Shown here piece after piece: positions 40,478-53,095 of a stretch of DNA of 64,000 nucleotides. The notes under the pieces are model-generated. The model was given only the letters and a program-made list of their open reading frames with translations. It searched no databases and was not told the origin of the DNA. The translations under genes were made by a program, and so were the position numbers. The stretch's first letter is position 1. Each line of letters opens with the position of its first letter. The DNA lies in contig OX597820.1 in NCBI GenBank assembly GCA_951406725.2, positions 56,234,001-56,298,000 on the forward strand. The letters run 5' to 3'. This DNA is from Octopus vulgaris (lineage: Eukaryota).

Positions 40478-41381
40478 ATGATGGCATCTGAAAATGTAAG
40501 TAAAAAGTGTGTGTTTAAATGTATCTTTGTGCAGTAACGTAACTGGGAGGGAGACGTGCTGCATCCAAAAAGATGTCAGTAGAACGGGAATATTTTTATG
40601 GGGCCGGCACACTTGTGCTTGGGTGTCACACACTCCAAGTCACTTCACTGTCTATGCATATATGCAAGTATGTATATCTTTGCGCGTATGTTTATGTATT
40701 TATGCATATACGTACGTACGTATGTATGCATGTATATATGAATTTATGCATGTGTGTATATATATGTAACGATAATTATATATATATTCGTGTGTATGTG
40801 TACTCCCCTGCCGCACATACAGTAATCAACTTCGCGTTACAGAAACTCTGTTTACGGAATTTCGCACATGAGGAAATTGTAAAGTATGAACGCCGTTTTC
40901 TGGATACGGCTTGTAATTCCACCTTTTCAGAAATTCAGGTAAACTTTTGCAAGTTTATAAACTAAAATCGTATTGCATGTACATGTATTAAAATATCGTG
41001 TGATCCTTTGCGGGTGAGTGATGTTGTCTACAAATACAGAAGGATTGCTACTCATTGTTTTTAGAAATAGACCTTGAGCGAGGAACGCTAATAGGTGGAG
41101 GTAAAGAATACATACACCGCCCGTTTTCGGCGTAACAAAAACCCTAACCCTAACCACCAGGTATACGCATTCTTTACTTTCGCCCGTTTATATGCATGGT
41201 CGTTCCAGTAGTCATTTATTTGTCTCCATTCTGTATAGAGTTTCGTAGCTAATAGCTCGCCAAATCCCTTTTCGGTAAATTTTTATATTAACACCCGCAC
41301 GATTTTCACCAAGAAAAATATCTATAAGACAGGTTTATAAAAATCGAATAGCTATGGGGGTCCATCAGAATAGAGTAGTAA

Positions 41382-41795
41382 GGCGGCGAGCTGGCAGAAA
41401 CTTTAGCATACTGAATGAAATGCTTAGCGGTATTTTGTCTGCGTTACGTTGTGAGTTCAAATTCCGCCGAGGTCGACTTTGCCTTTCATCCTTTCGGGGT
41501 CGATAAATTAAGTACCAGTTACGCACTGGGGTCGATGTAATCGACTTAATACCTATGTCTGTCCTTGTTTGTCCCCTCTGTGTTTAGCCCCTTGTGGGTA
41601 ATAAAGAAATAGGTATTTTGTCTGCCGTTATGTTCTGAGTTCAAATTCCGCCAAGGTCGACTTTGCCTTTCATCCTTTCGGGGTCGATTAAATAAGTATC
41701 AGTTTCGCACTGGTGTCGATGTTATCGACTTAATCCGTTTGTCTGTCCTTGTTTGTCCCCTCTGTGTGTAACCCCTTGTGGGCAGTAAAGAAATA
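41382..41795 (+). mobile_element. Dimeric family-A SINE inserted in a hAT MITE end
   Basis: TSD AGAATAGAGTAGTAA (41367-41381) / AGAATAGAATGGTAA (41796-41810). Confidence 0.9.
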
Positions 41796-42255
41796 AGAAT
41801 AGAATGGTAATCAAAGGGGTCCATAGGTGAAAATGGTTGAGAACCCCTGCTTTAGAGGGAAATCAGAAAATGAATATGGTGGAGGTGGAGGAGTATTGCC
41901 AATGCGAGGTGGTGGTGCTGATTGACTTGGGAGAAAGTACTGTGTGATAAAAGTTAGAAACAAGAAGGTTAATTGAATTGATGCACACACAAATAATATG
42001 TTGGTCAACATCTATGCTTTTCTTCCTTGTCCACCATGAACCAGTTCAACCGATTTTATTTTTCACTGCTCTCAATATTCTTGCCAACTTCTACCTGTGC
42101 TCTCTTCTGCTCTTGTTGGTGTGTGCATCAATTCAACTAACCTTCTTGTTTCTAACTTTTATCACACAGTACTTTCTCCCACGTCATTCAGCACTACCAC
42201 CCCACATTGGCAATACTCCTCCACCATATATTCATTTTCTGATTTCCATCTAAAG

Positions 42256-42672
42256 CAGAGTTTCTCAACCACTTTTACCTATGGATCCCCATAGCCATTC
42301 GATGTTTATAAACTAGTTTTATAGATATTTCTTTCGGAACTCCTCTGTTTTGTTGTTCACACATTGACTTGTGTAGGTTGAACTATGTAAAATGTTAGAG
42401 AAAGAAGCCGAGCTGTTTCTTGCAGTACATACCAATACATACATCTAAAGCAAAATGTTTTCGGGGCCCCTTGAAATACTATTACTCTTTTACTTGCTTC
42501 AGTCATTCGACTGTGGCCATGCTGGAGTACTGCCTTTTAGTCGAGCAAATCGATCCCAGGAATTATTCTTTGTAAGCCTAGTACTTATTCTATCGGTCGC
42601 TTTTACTGAACCGCTAAGTTATGGGGACATAAACACACCAGCATCAGTTGTCGAGCGATTTTTGGGGGACAA

Positions 42673-42707
<35 letters not shown>

Positions 42708-42944
42708 CGATGGGGTTCTTTCAGTTTCCATCTACCAAATCCACTCACAAGACTTTTGTTGGCCCGAGGCTATAGTAGAAGACACTGGCCCAAGGTGCCA
42801 CGCAGTGGGACTGAACCTAGAACCATGTGGTTTGGTAAGCAAGCTACTTACCACACAACCACTCCTGCGCCTATGATTCCCAATTTATTATTTTGTTGTG
42901 ATGACCCCCCAAAATCTTATATGTACCCTGGTTGAGAACCACTA
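42256..42944. mobile_element. hAT MITE interrupted by a family-B SINE (~42485-42872, -)
   Basis: TIRs CAGAGTTTCTCAACC / GGTTGAGAACCACTA; TSD ATCTAAAG / ACCTAAAG. Confidence 0.8.
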
Positions 42945-43469
42945 ACCTAAAGTAATAGGACCACTTCATTTTGTGAACAAAGAACATTCACTCTTCGTGA
43001 ATGCAGAACATCACGACTACTACTTGCTGTGTCTGTCACCAGAACTGTTAGAATTAACTACAAACACTAGCAGTATAGCACATTGCCCTTTCAAGATGAC
43101 AGAAAAGAGGTCACTAAGTGGAAAGCAAAGCAGTAGAGCAAAGATGGGTCATCAAGAAAGTTATGTTGAACTTTAAACCTTTACAAAGTATTTTACAAAG
43201 GATTTGTGTGTGACAAAAACATTTCAAGCACATTAATGTTTACAATGTCTACTGAGTGTCAATAATAATGACACGTAATAACAAAACAAATCAAGTGTTA
43301 AAGCTGTGACTTTGTTAACTGTTCAGACATTTTATTGCCCTAGATGTGATATGATGCAATAACATGGAATGTGTTTGTTTGTATGTTTCCATTTTTTTAT
43401 GCATTGGTTGAATTCGTGGTGCCTTTATGTGTGCATACAGTGTGCTTAGGGGTACAGTATATGTGGGGA

Positions 43470-44300
43470 CTTATATTGGGGGGGGGAAGGCTTTTGGGTA
43501 GGTGTCCGGCGTGTGTGTGTTTGTGGGTGCATTAGCGTATGTTCTGGTCAAACTATTTGCTGGACTCCCAGGTATTAGTGGAGGACCAAAGTTGGGGGAC
43601 TGATGATTATAGGCATTATGGAGCATCCATGTATGATAGACTGTACTTCCTCTCATGTGGGCAAGGATTAAAAATTTCGCTTCTGCTATTCAGGTAAATG
43701 CCTAGGTGTTGGGTGCTCTCTAAAATTGCTCTTTTCTCAACCAGGCATAACCTGCACTTTCTGCTGCTTTTGAAGTGTGCTTTGCATTTCTCCAGAATCT
43801 TCCACTTTACGTTGTACTTGGTTGTGCTTTTTTTTCAAAAACTAAATGTGCTAAGCCAGGGTTGTGGCATTATGTCTCTCCAGGATTTTGAAGGAGGACT
43901 TGTGCTTCTGAAGGGGCCTTCAGTTGCTTCCACATACTTTTGCCCTCTTGGTTGCCCATTTGGTCCTATGGCTGTTACCACTGCCTCATAAACAACAGTC
44001 TCCATGTTATAGTGGCCATTCAGTGGACATGTTGTGTTATCCCTACATGAGCATCTTGCCTCTGTCACAGGTGTGGGCCTACCTACTAAATTTTTTTTTT
44101 ATATTGGGTGCACAGCTAAAAGGAAAACTTAGGGTATGCATATTGAATATTTTGCTAAATCTATTGGTACAGGGGAAGTGCTTATCTACTAAACTAAAGA
44201 AAATCTTACCTATGCAAATTTTAACACTGCATAGGTAAGATAAGAGAAGAAGAGTGTGAACCACAACACCTTGTGGTGGTACATTCTCTTGCAAAGGTTA
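43470..44300 (-). mobile_element. Penelope-like element fragment (linker + GIY-YIG endonuclease)
   Basis: IGKIFFSLVDKHFP..FSKIFN, CSCRDNTTCPLNG..VVYEAVV..YVEATEGPF, KWKILEKCKAH..CRLCLVEK..LNSRSEI..CPH; frameshifted. Confidence 0.85.
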
Positions 44301-44429
44301 GTCTGGTGTGTAACTAATTCGATCCTCATATACATAAGCAAATATAGGATATTTGAAACTTCATTGTTTAAATGTACAGAATAATGTGTGCCATACATAA
44401 CACACAAAGCTTCATTTAGAACTGAAAAA

Positions 44430-44700
44430 TAATGTCATCCAAAAGTTTCTCGTTGTTTCGCACCTAATCTTATGACCTTGCTTGGAAACTCTGCACTTCA
44501 CATGCCACCATTACTTGTATTGGTGTAATTTTCTGGTGAGTAATAGCTTTCATTTTACCCAGTGTGCATTGTTCATTGATGCACATTTTCCATTTGAAGT
44601 AACCCCAAAAGAAATAATCACAAACTGCATGAGCTGGGTGATCAACCAGACTATGACATTGATCAAATGTTGTAAAATGACCGGTCAGTAACCATCTTTT
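44430..44700 (-). mobile_element. Highly degenerate Tc1/mariner transposase fragment
   Basis: Minus-strand translation CDYFFWGYFKWKMCIN resembles the CDFFLWGYLK motif. Confidence 0.6.
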
Positions 44701-44764
44701 CTTTCTTTTTTAATGGCATCCATTAGGATGTTTTTGAAAGATACTATATTTTATCACCAGAATA

Positions 44765-45181
44765 TACTCTTTACTCTTTTACTTGTTTCAGTCATTTGAC
44801 TGTGACCATGCTTGAGCACCGCCTTTTAGTCAAGCAAATCAACCCCAGTACTTATTCTTTGTAAGCGTAGTTCTTATTCTATCAGTCTCTTTTGCCGAAC
44901 CACTAAGTTACAGGGACGTAAACACACCAGCATCGGTTGTCAAGCGATGTTGAGGGGACAAACACAGACACACAAACATATACACACACACACACATATA
45001 TATATATACATACATACAATGGGCTTCTTTCAGTTTCCGTCTATCAAATCCACTCACAAGGCTTTGGTCGGCCCGAGGCTATAGTAGAAGACACTTGCCC
45101 AAGGTGCCACGCACTGGGACTGAACCTGGAACCATGTGGTTGGTAAGCAAGCTACTTACCACACAGCCACTCCTACGCCTA
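44765..45181 (-). mobile_element. Family-B SINE
   Basis: Reverse complement of the 9015-9430 family. Confidence 0.88.
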
Positions 45182-45702
45182 TTATATATACTTTCTCACA
45201 CAACAATTAAGTTATATTTATTTTAAATCGTTTGTCTTTCTCCCCCAGACCTCACACACAAAAATTAATTTGGGCGCAATTTTTATTTTTATTTTGTTTT
45301 TCTTAGTTAAAATCATGCTGGTGAAAAGATCAATGGGGTTGGGGGTGAAATTTCCGAGGCTTCCACCTCACCCCACCCAATTTTTCGGACCCCTCAAGCC
45401 ACATAAAGCGGTTCAGTGTTATATGATGTACATTTCACTGATATGTGTGAAAAGATGATGTTTGTATATGTGTGTTAGTAGTTCACCAATAGATTAGGCA
45501 GGGTTTGAAGTGTATATTTTGGGAGTGATTGTTAAGGAATGTGAAAAATAAGCGTATGGGATGGTCACAATGGATTTTTAATGTAAAGTGTTTAAGGTTG
45601 TGGAGCACTTTGATGGTTAGTCAAGCATGTCATTCATGTTAATGTGGTCAAGAAGTTAGTGTGTGTGTATATATATATATATATGCACATACACTCACAC
45701 AC

Positions 45703-45746
<44 letters not shown>

Positions 45747-46324
45747 TCACACACACAAACACACACACATTGGTATATATGTATATACATAGATACACGC
45801 GTACACACACAGTTACATATACACAAGAGCCTGGGAACAGAGTGTGCAAGTGGTGCGCTTGCAGCCCCTAAAATTTCTGGTGGGTGCAAAATGAAAATTT
45901 GCACTTGTGACATACTTTGCCTAGTTTAGAAGATAGTGTCTAAAAACTGATCTGTAAAATGTTGCTTGAAGTTGAGTTTCTTCTTAAAACAAGGACAAAA
46001 ATAAATAAATAAATAAATAGTCCAAAATGTTAACTGATGAAGCTGGCCATAAAATTCTCAAGAGAATTCTTGAAAGATATACTACTGAATCAAAGCATCA
46101 TCAACATCAAAATTAAAAGTGTGTGTATCTATATATATTTCTCATTTTCCCGAGCGTCAAACTAATACACCTGCTTATTGTTTATACACCTGTCTTCGTC
46201 TTTTGTTTTTCTGTAAATTCCAACTATATATTAGTATATATATATGTATATATATATATAAACAGATTCTACTTGATAAATTCTTATATAGATTTTATCC
46301 TTATAATTAATTTTATATATAATG

Positions 46325-48815
46325 GTTTGCAATACTAACTTCAGGAAACCTATCAATCACCTACTGACACACTAGTCAGATTGACTACATCCTCACCAGG
46401 AAAAGGGAACGATGGCTACTTATAAATGCCAACACCTACCCAGGCGAAGAATAGACTAGTAGTTAGCAACTTCAAGATCAGGGATAAATGGATGCCCAGA
46501 AGACGACCAGCATGGAGGAGAAGGGTTTGGAAGCTTAAAGATCTTGCAAATGGACAGAGATTTAGAGATGTATTATTCGAAGCTTTTGACGAAATAGAGG
46601 GGGATGTAGCATCACCTTATGTGGAAGACAACTGGAGGTTTCTATGGGATAACATGCTGAGGGCCACTGTGGATGGTGCAAAGTCCCCTCTCGACCCAAG
46701 GTAACATGGTGGTGGAACAATGTTGTTGACAGGGCCATTAGGAAAAAGAAACGGCTTGGAAGGTCTGGAAGAATGGTGGTAGCAGGGAATCATATCTGAC
46801 TGCTAAAAGGGAAGCTAGGAGACAGGCTTATTTAACCAGGGGAGAAGCAGATAAGAAAAAATTTGCCAATGTTCTGCACCGTGAGGACCAAAGACTTGAG
46901 GTATCTTGTGCTGTGAGAGAGAATCGTGATGTCATAGAAGAGAAATGTGTTTGCATGGATGATGGTTCACTTGCATTAAACGAGACTGCAAAGAGAGAAG
47001 TAAGGAGATGCCACTATGAAAAGTTGCTAAATAAAGAGAATGAACGGGAGAATGAGGAAACTAGGGATAGATGAATGGTTAGTGAGAGCTGTGCAAGCCA
47101 TGTACAGGGACGCTGTCAGTAAGGTGAGGATTGGCAACAAGTACTGTGAAGAATTCCAGGTAGAGGTTAGAGTCTACCAAGGTTCAGTCCTCAGCCCCCT
47201 CCTATTTATCATAGTCCTCCAGGCAATAACAGAGGAATTCAAAACAGGATGCCCTTGGGAGCTCCTCTATACTGATGACCTTGTCTTATTGCTGAGTCAC
47301 TATCAGAACTAGAGAAGTTTCAGGTGTGGAAGCAAGGATTAGAATCAAAGGCCTTAGAGTCAATCTAGCTAAAACCAAAGTCTTAATAAGTAGGAAGGCA
47401 GACTAACCATAAATACCTTCAGGTAGATGGCCCTGCTTGATTTGTAGAAAAGGCGTAGGTAGAAACTCTATAAGATGTACCCAGTGCATGCTATGGACAC
47501 ATAAGAGGTACAGCAATATCAAAGGAAGGCTAACTGGGAAGATAGTTTTTGTATGTGGCAGATGCTCAGGAGCAATAAACACTGGAAATGTGCAGAGAAC
47601 AACTTCTGTCACATTCCAGGGAGAAAAACTAGAAGTAGTTAACAGCTTCCATTACCTAGGTGACCAAGTCACTTGTTGGGGTGGATGCTCTGAAAGTGTA
47701 GCTGCTAGAATAAGAATAGCCTGGGCAAAGTTCAGAGAGCTCCTACCTCTGCTGGTGACAAAGGGCCTCTCGCCCAGAGTAGAAGGTAGACTGTATGACG
47801 CATGTGTACAAACAGCCATGCTACATGGTAGTGAAATATGGGTGGTGACTGCTGAGGACATGTGTAAGCTTGCAAGGAAAGAAGTCAGTATACTCTGCTG
47901 GATGGGTAATGTCAGTGTGTATACTCGACAGAGTGTAAATACCTTGAGAGAAAAGTTGGACCTAAGAAGCATCAGATGTGGTGTGCAAGAGAGACGACTG
48001 CATTGGTATGGAAATGTGGTGCAAATGGATGAGGACAGCTGTATGAAAACGTGTCACACCCTAGCAGTTGAGGGAATCTGTAGAAGAGGTAGAACCAGGA
48101 ATACCTGGGATGAGGTGGTGAAGCATGACCTTCAAACATTGGGCCTTACTGAAGCAATGACTAGTGACCGAGACCTCTGGAAATATGCTGTGCTTGAGAA
48201 GACCCGGCAAGCCAAGTGAGACCATAACTTGTGGCCTATCCCTATGCCAGTGGTGCAACCAGCCTGCTTATGTGTTACTTGTGAAGACCTGTTGAGGCAA
48301 GTGAAATCACAATCAAAATCAAATTCTCTGATGTGGCCAATTACAGCACTGCCTGACTGGCACCTGTGCCAGTGGAATGTTAAAAGCACCATCCAAGCAT
48401 GATCGTTGCTAGGGCCACTGATTGGCTCCTGTGCCAGTGACATATAAAAAGCACGATTTGAGGTTGATCGTTACCAGCGTTGCCTTACTGGCACTTGTGC
48501 CGGTAGCACGTGAAAAACAACATTTGAGTGCCGTCATTGCCAGTGTTGTTGGACTGGCTCCTGTGCAGGTGGCACATAAAAAACACCATTTGAGTGTGGC
48601 TGTCGCCAGTACTGCCTGACTGGCCCTCGTACCAGTGGCACATAAAAGCACCCGCTACACTCTCAGAGTGGTTGGCATTAGGAAGGGCATCCAGCTGTAT
48701 AAACTCTGCCAGATCAGACTGGAGCCTGGTGCGGCCATCTGGCTTGCCAGTCCTCAGTCAAACCATCCAACCAATGCCAGCATGGGAAGCAGACGTTAAA
48801 TGATGATGATGATGA
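46325..48815 (+). mobile_element. RTE-clade LINE, 5'-truncated, internally deleted, pseudogenised
   Basis: APE tail SQIDYIL, RT motifs QGSVLSPLLF and YTDD, FHYLG, RLHWYGNV..GRTRNTW; 3'UTR ending in (TGA)n. A junction near 47040 removes the N-terminal RT domains. Confidence 0.92.
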
Positions 48816-49399
48816 CTACAAATATGACTGAGGCATCTAGGGGTGGTCATATAGTATTCTATGTACTTTGAGTAAATATATAAACTGAAGGCATAAAAGT
48901 TAGGGGTGGGCAAAAGCCCCATTATTTAATTTATTCGCACTCTACTTCTGAAAATATTAATAGCTCTCTTTTTCTTTCTTCTTTCTGTCCTTTCCCCCCT
49001 CTTTCTTTCCTCTTTCCTTTCATTCTTTTTTTCCTTTCTCTCCTTCCTTCCTTCCTCCTTTATTTCCTTTGTTTATTCCTATTTTTCTTCTTTTCCTATT
49101 TTCTTTCATTCCTTCTTTCAATATGAAAACTGTAACACTAGACTGAATCACTACAGTGATAAAGATCAAACTGTGACAGAAATATTCAATCATCATCATT
49201 ATTATTATCATCATCATCATCATTATTATTATTATTATAGCTAAAATTACATTACTGATAACAAACTCCTCTTGTTCCAAAGTTCATTACAGTTGACACA
49301 TCAAGGCAAGTGGTTATAATTAGCTCAAAGATATCTTTTAGCTCCTTGTTTTGTTTCAGACATCATGTAGTACTTACTACCTTATGGTATCTATTACTT

Positions 49400-49815
49400 A
49401 AGGCGGCGAGCTGGCAGAAACGTTAGCACGCCGGGCGAAATGCTTAGCGGTATTTCGTCTGCCGTTACGTTGTGAGTTCAAATTCTGCCGAGGTCAACTT
49501 TGCCTTTCATCCTTTCGGGGTCGATAAATTAAGTACCGGTTACGCACTGGGGTCGATGTAATCGACTTAATACCTATGTCTGTCCTTGTTTGTCCCCTCT
49601 GTGTTTAGCCCCTCGTGGGTAATAAAGAAATAGGTATTTCGTCTGCGTTACGTTGTGAGTTCAAATTCCGGCGAGGTCGACTTTGCCTTTCATCCTTTCG
49701 GGGTCGATAAATTAAGTACCAGTTACGCACTGGGGTCGATGTAATCAACTTAATACCTATGTCTGTCCTTGTTTGTCCGTTCTGTGTTTAGCCCCTTGTG
49801 GGTAATAAAGAAATA
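49400..49815 (+). mobile_element. Young dimeric family-A SINE with perfect 14-bp TSD
   Basis: GGTATCTATTACTT at 49386-49399 and 49816-49829. Confidence 0.93.
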
Positions 49816-49824
49816 GGTATCTAT

Positions 49825-51724
49825 TACTTGTTTCAGTCATTAGACTGCGGCCATGCTGGGGCACCATCTTGAAAGGTTTTAGTTGAATGAATTGACACCA
49901 GTACATTCTATTTTTATTTTTTTTAAAGCCTGGTACTTATTTTCTCTGTTAGTCTCTTTTGCCGAACTGTTAGGTTATGGGGAATTAAACAAACCAATAC
50001 CAGTTGTCAAGTAGTGGTGGGGGACAGACAGACAGACACACACACACGCAGACACACACACACACACACACACACATACACACACACAACAGCCTTCTTT
50101 CAGTTTCCATCTGCCAAATTCACTCACAAGGCTTTGGTTGACCTGAGGATATAGAAGAAGGCATTTGCCCATGGTGCCATGTAGTTTGGAAGCAAACTTT
50201 TTACCACACAGCCACACCATAGATATATTGTAATGGTTGTATATTACTTTCTTATTTAACATGTCTGTGAGTCTTCAGGTGCAAAGAAATCATCATCCAT
50301 ACCTGTGTTGTTTAGGCCCAGTTCAACCCATTCATGTCTCTTGTTTTAGATGCATATTGCACTGATGGTCAGTAACATTCCATCAATGACCAGTCCAGTT
50401 TTTTGTTCAAATTGAATGTTTCTAGGACCATATATTTCAAACTCTCCTTCATTTTTAGACAACAGGGTGTAATTTGAAGATTTCACTTTTATTTCTAGCA
50501 GGTTGGACAACTATGTAAAGATGCCCTCATATTGAGTTGTAGTGTGTCTACAAAACAGCAGCAGTGTGTTTCACAAGGATTAAGTTGTCTTTTATTCATT
50601 GGCCTTGGCTGGCTGCAACCACTGACTAGCTAGCAGATAAACAATCTATTTATAACTGATATCTGTCAAAGAAAAGTCTCCAAAGACATAATTGTTATTG
50701 AAATTTCAACGAATCTATTGTCTTGTTTTGCTGGTCAACTAGCTACTGATAAAAAAGAAAAACAAAGCCTTGTGAGTGGATTTGGTAGATGGAAATTGAA
50801 AGAAGCTTATCGTATATATATGTGTGTGTTTGTGTGTCTGTGTTTGTCCCCCCCAACATCGCTTGACAACCGATGCTGGTGTATTTACATCCCGTAACTT
50901 AGCAGTTCAGCAAAAGAGATCGATAGAATAAGTACTAGGCTTACAAAGAATAAGTCCTGGGGTCGATTTGCTCGACTAAAGGCGGTGCTCCAGCATGGCC
51001 ACAGTCAAATGACTGAAACAAGTAAAAGAGTAAAGAGTATCCTCATTAAATGTTCATGTTCCATGCTGGCTGGCATGGGTTGGACAGTTTGACAGGAACC
51101 AATGGGTCCAACAACTACATGGTGCTCTAGTGTCTGTTTGGCATGGTTTCTATGGCTGGATACCCTTCTTAATGTCCACCACTTTACAGTGTGTAGTGGG
51201 TACTTTTTTTTTGTACCACCAGCTTAAGTGAGGTCACCATGCAACTTGCAAGACTACAAAACATGAGTTTGGAGGTGGAGTTTTATGCTTGGAGAATGAG
51301 AAGAGAGGGGTGAAGTATGAAAGAAAAGGGTCAGAGAAGAGTAGGCTTCTTACTGTGGAGGAGTGATATAACAAAAAATATAATAAATAAGTAAAAGCAC
51401 AGGCATGCCTGTGTGGTAAGAAATTTGTTTCCCAACCACATGGTTCTGGGTTCAGTCCCACTGCAAAGAACCATGGGCAAGTGTCTTCTACGATAGTCTC
51501 GGGCCAACCAAACCCTTGTAAGTAGATCTAGTTGATGGAAACTGAAAGAAGCCTGTCATATATCATCATCCTTAACATCCATTTTCCATGGTTGGTTAAT
51601 TTGATGGAGAGCTGTTCCGGGTTCCAGTCTGATTTGGCTTGGTTTCTATGGTTCAATGCCCTTCCTAATGCTAACCACTTTACAGTGTGTGTACTGGGTG
51701 CTTTTAATGTGGCACTGGGATGAG

Positions 51725-51763
<39 letters not shown>

Positions 51764-52000
51764 ATATATGTGTGTATATTTATGTGTCTTTGTGTCTATG
51801 TTTGTCCCTCACCATTGTTTGATAACCTTTGTTGGTGTGTTTACATCCCTGTAAGTCGGGCAGTTTAGCAAAAGAGATCACTAGAACAAGTACCCAGTTT
51901 TAAAAAAAATAAAAGTGCTGGAGCCAATTTGTTCGACTGGAATTCTTCTATGCATTACCCCAGCATTGACACAATCTTATGACTGAAACATGTACAAGAT
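49825..52000. mobile_element. Family-B SINE copies: ~49825-50215 (-), ~50765-51040 (+), ~51398-52000 (+, interrupted)
   Basis: Family-B body and tail motifs. Confidence 0.8.
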
Positions 52001-52077
52001 AACCGTAATTCCACAGCTTCATGATTTATAATAATTCTAGTAAAATATTGAAGTTTTATTTTTCTCTTTATTTTCAG

Positions 52078-53095
52078 GAATTTTGTAATACAGAAGAAAT
52101 TTTGCAGACACTTGATCATGACCAAAAAAAAAAAAAAACCAACTTGAAAATGCTTAATTCAAGCAGACTACTGGCTACTGTATTCTGTTTTCTATGGATT
52201 TGAAATAATTTTTTTTTTTAATGTTTTGTCTATCATTCTTTCTATTATCTTTACTTTACAATTATTGTGGTTTGATTATGGTTTCTTCAAGGTGACTGTA
52301 ATTGTACATTTTTTAATTTTATTTTTATATTTTTTTTGTAGTTTTTGTTAAATTTTATAACTGTTCTTTTTTTTATGTTTTCAGCTAAACTGTCATGTTT
52401 AATTTATGAAATGGAAAAAAAGAATTAGAATTAAGAAAATGTAACTACAACAGTTAGTATTAAAGTAGGGAATAGGCTATTTCTAATGTTAATGTGTTTA
52501 TTTTAGTTTCTCATACAAATTATGCTACATTACACACACATACACTGTTTGTAATATAATCTTTGTAGTAAGTATAGTGAGTAGAACAATTCTGTATATT
52601 TTGACTTTGTTAAAAATCTAATGACATTAATGTCAAAACACACATTTAGTGACATGTAACAAGGTAAATATATCAATTACTTTATTTGGAACCAGCAGAA
52701 TTTGTAACTCTAATTTATAAACACACATTTGTCCCCCTCTTTACTCGCATGCATCAGACACACTTTTAAGCACATATATTTAATTATATTTTGAATTTAG
52801 ATAAAATACATTGACCTATTTGTTTTAATATGAAATATGCCATCTTGCAATTTTGCATAATGAATTTCTATGCATAAATATTTTGTTTTCTTTTCCTTGA
52901 TAACCAATGAATATAAATGAAAAGCAATGGTTTCTCTTTTTCCGTGAATATTTAAATTCTGGAAGAATAATAACAATGGAAAATGATTGGATAATCTAAA
53001 TACATATTAATAATGGGTGAAGTAACAATGGAAGGAAATTATTATAAAGTTCTGTATAAAAATGGAGAAATAAAACAATAACAAACCAAAAACTA
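52078..53095 (+). other. Predicted non-coding terminal exon (3'UTR) of NUPR1
   Basis: ~1 kb TE-free, U-rich stretch starting right after the acceptor, with several ATTTA motifs and AATAAA at 53069-53074 followed by a T/C-rich downstream element. Confidence 0.5.

Larger units (their letters stand above)
40496..52077 (+). other. Predicted 3'UTR intron of NUPR1 (~11.6 kb)
   Basis: Consensus donor AT|GTAAGT 18 nt after the stop codon; strong acceptor TTTTATTTTTCTCTTTATTTTCAG|G ending at 52077. Pairing of the two sites is inferred. Confidence 0.6.

Noticed and set aside
40266-40481. Overlapping 71-aa alternative ORF in NUPR1
   Set aside because: Downstream ATG, no recognisable motif; likely incidental.
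41140-41155. AACCCTAACCCTAACC as a telomerase RNA template or interstitial telomere
   Set aside because: Under three units, and I could not find a convincing pseudoknot or H/ACA domain nearby; such motifs are common in repeat remnants. A covariance-model search would be needed to revive it.
48422-48619. 22-aa repeat ORF
   Set aside because: Reflects the ~66-bp 3'UTR repeat of the RTE element; not all units stay open.
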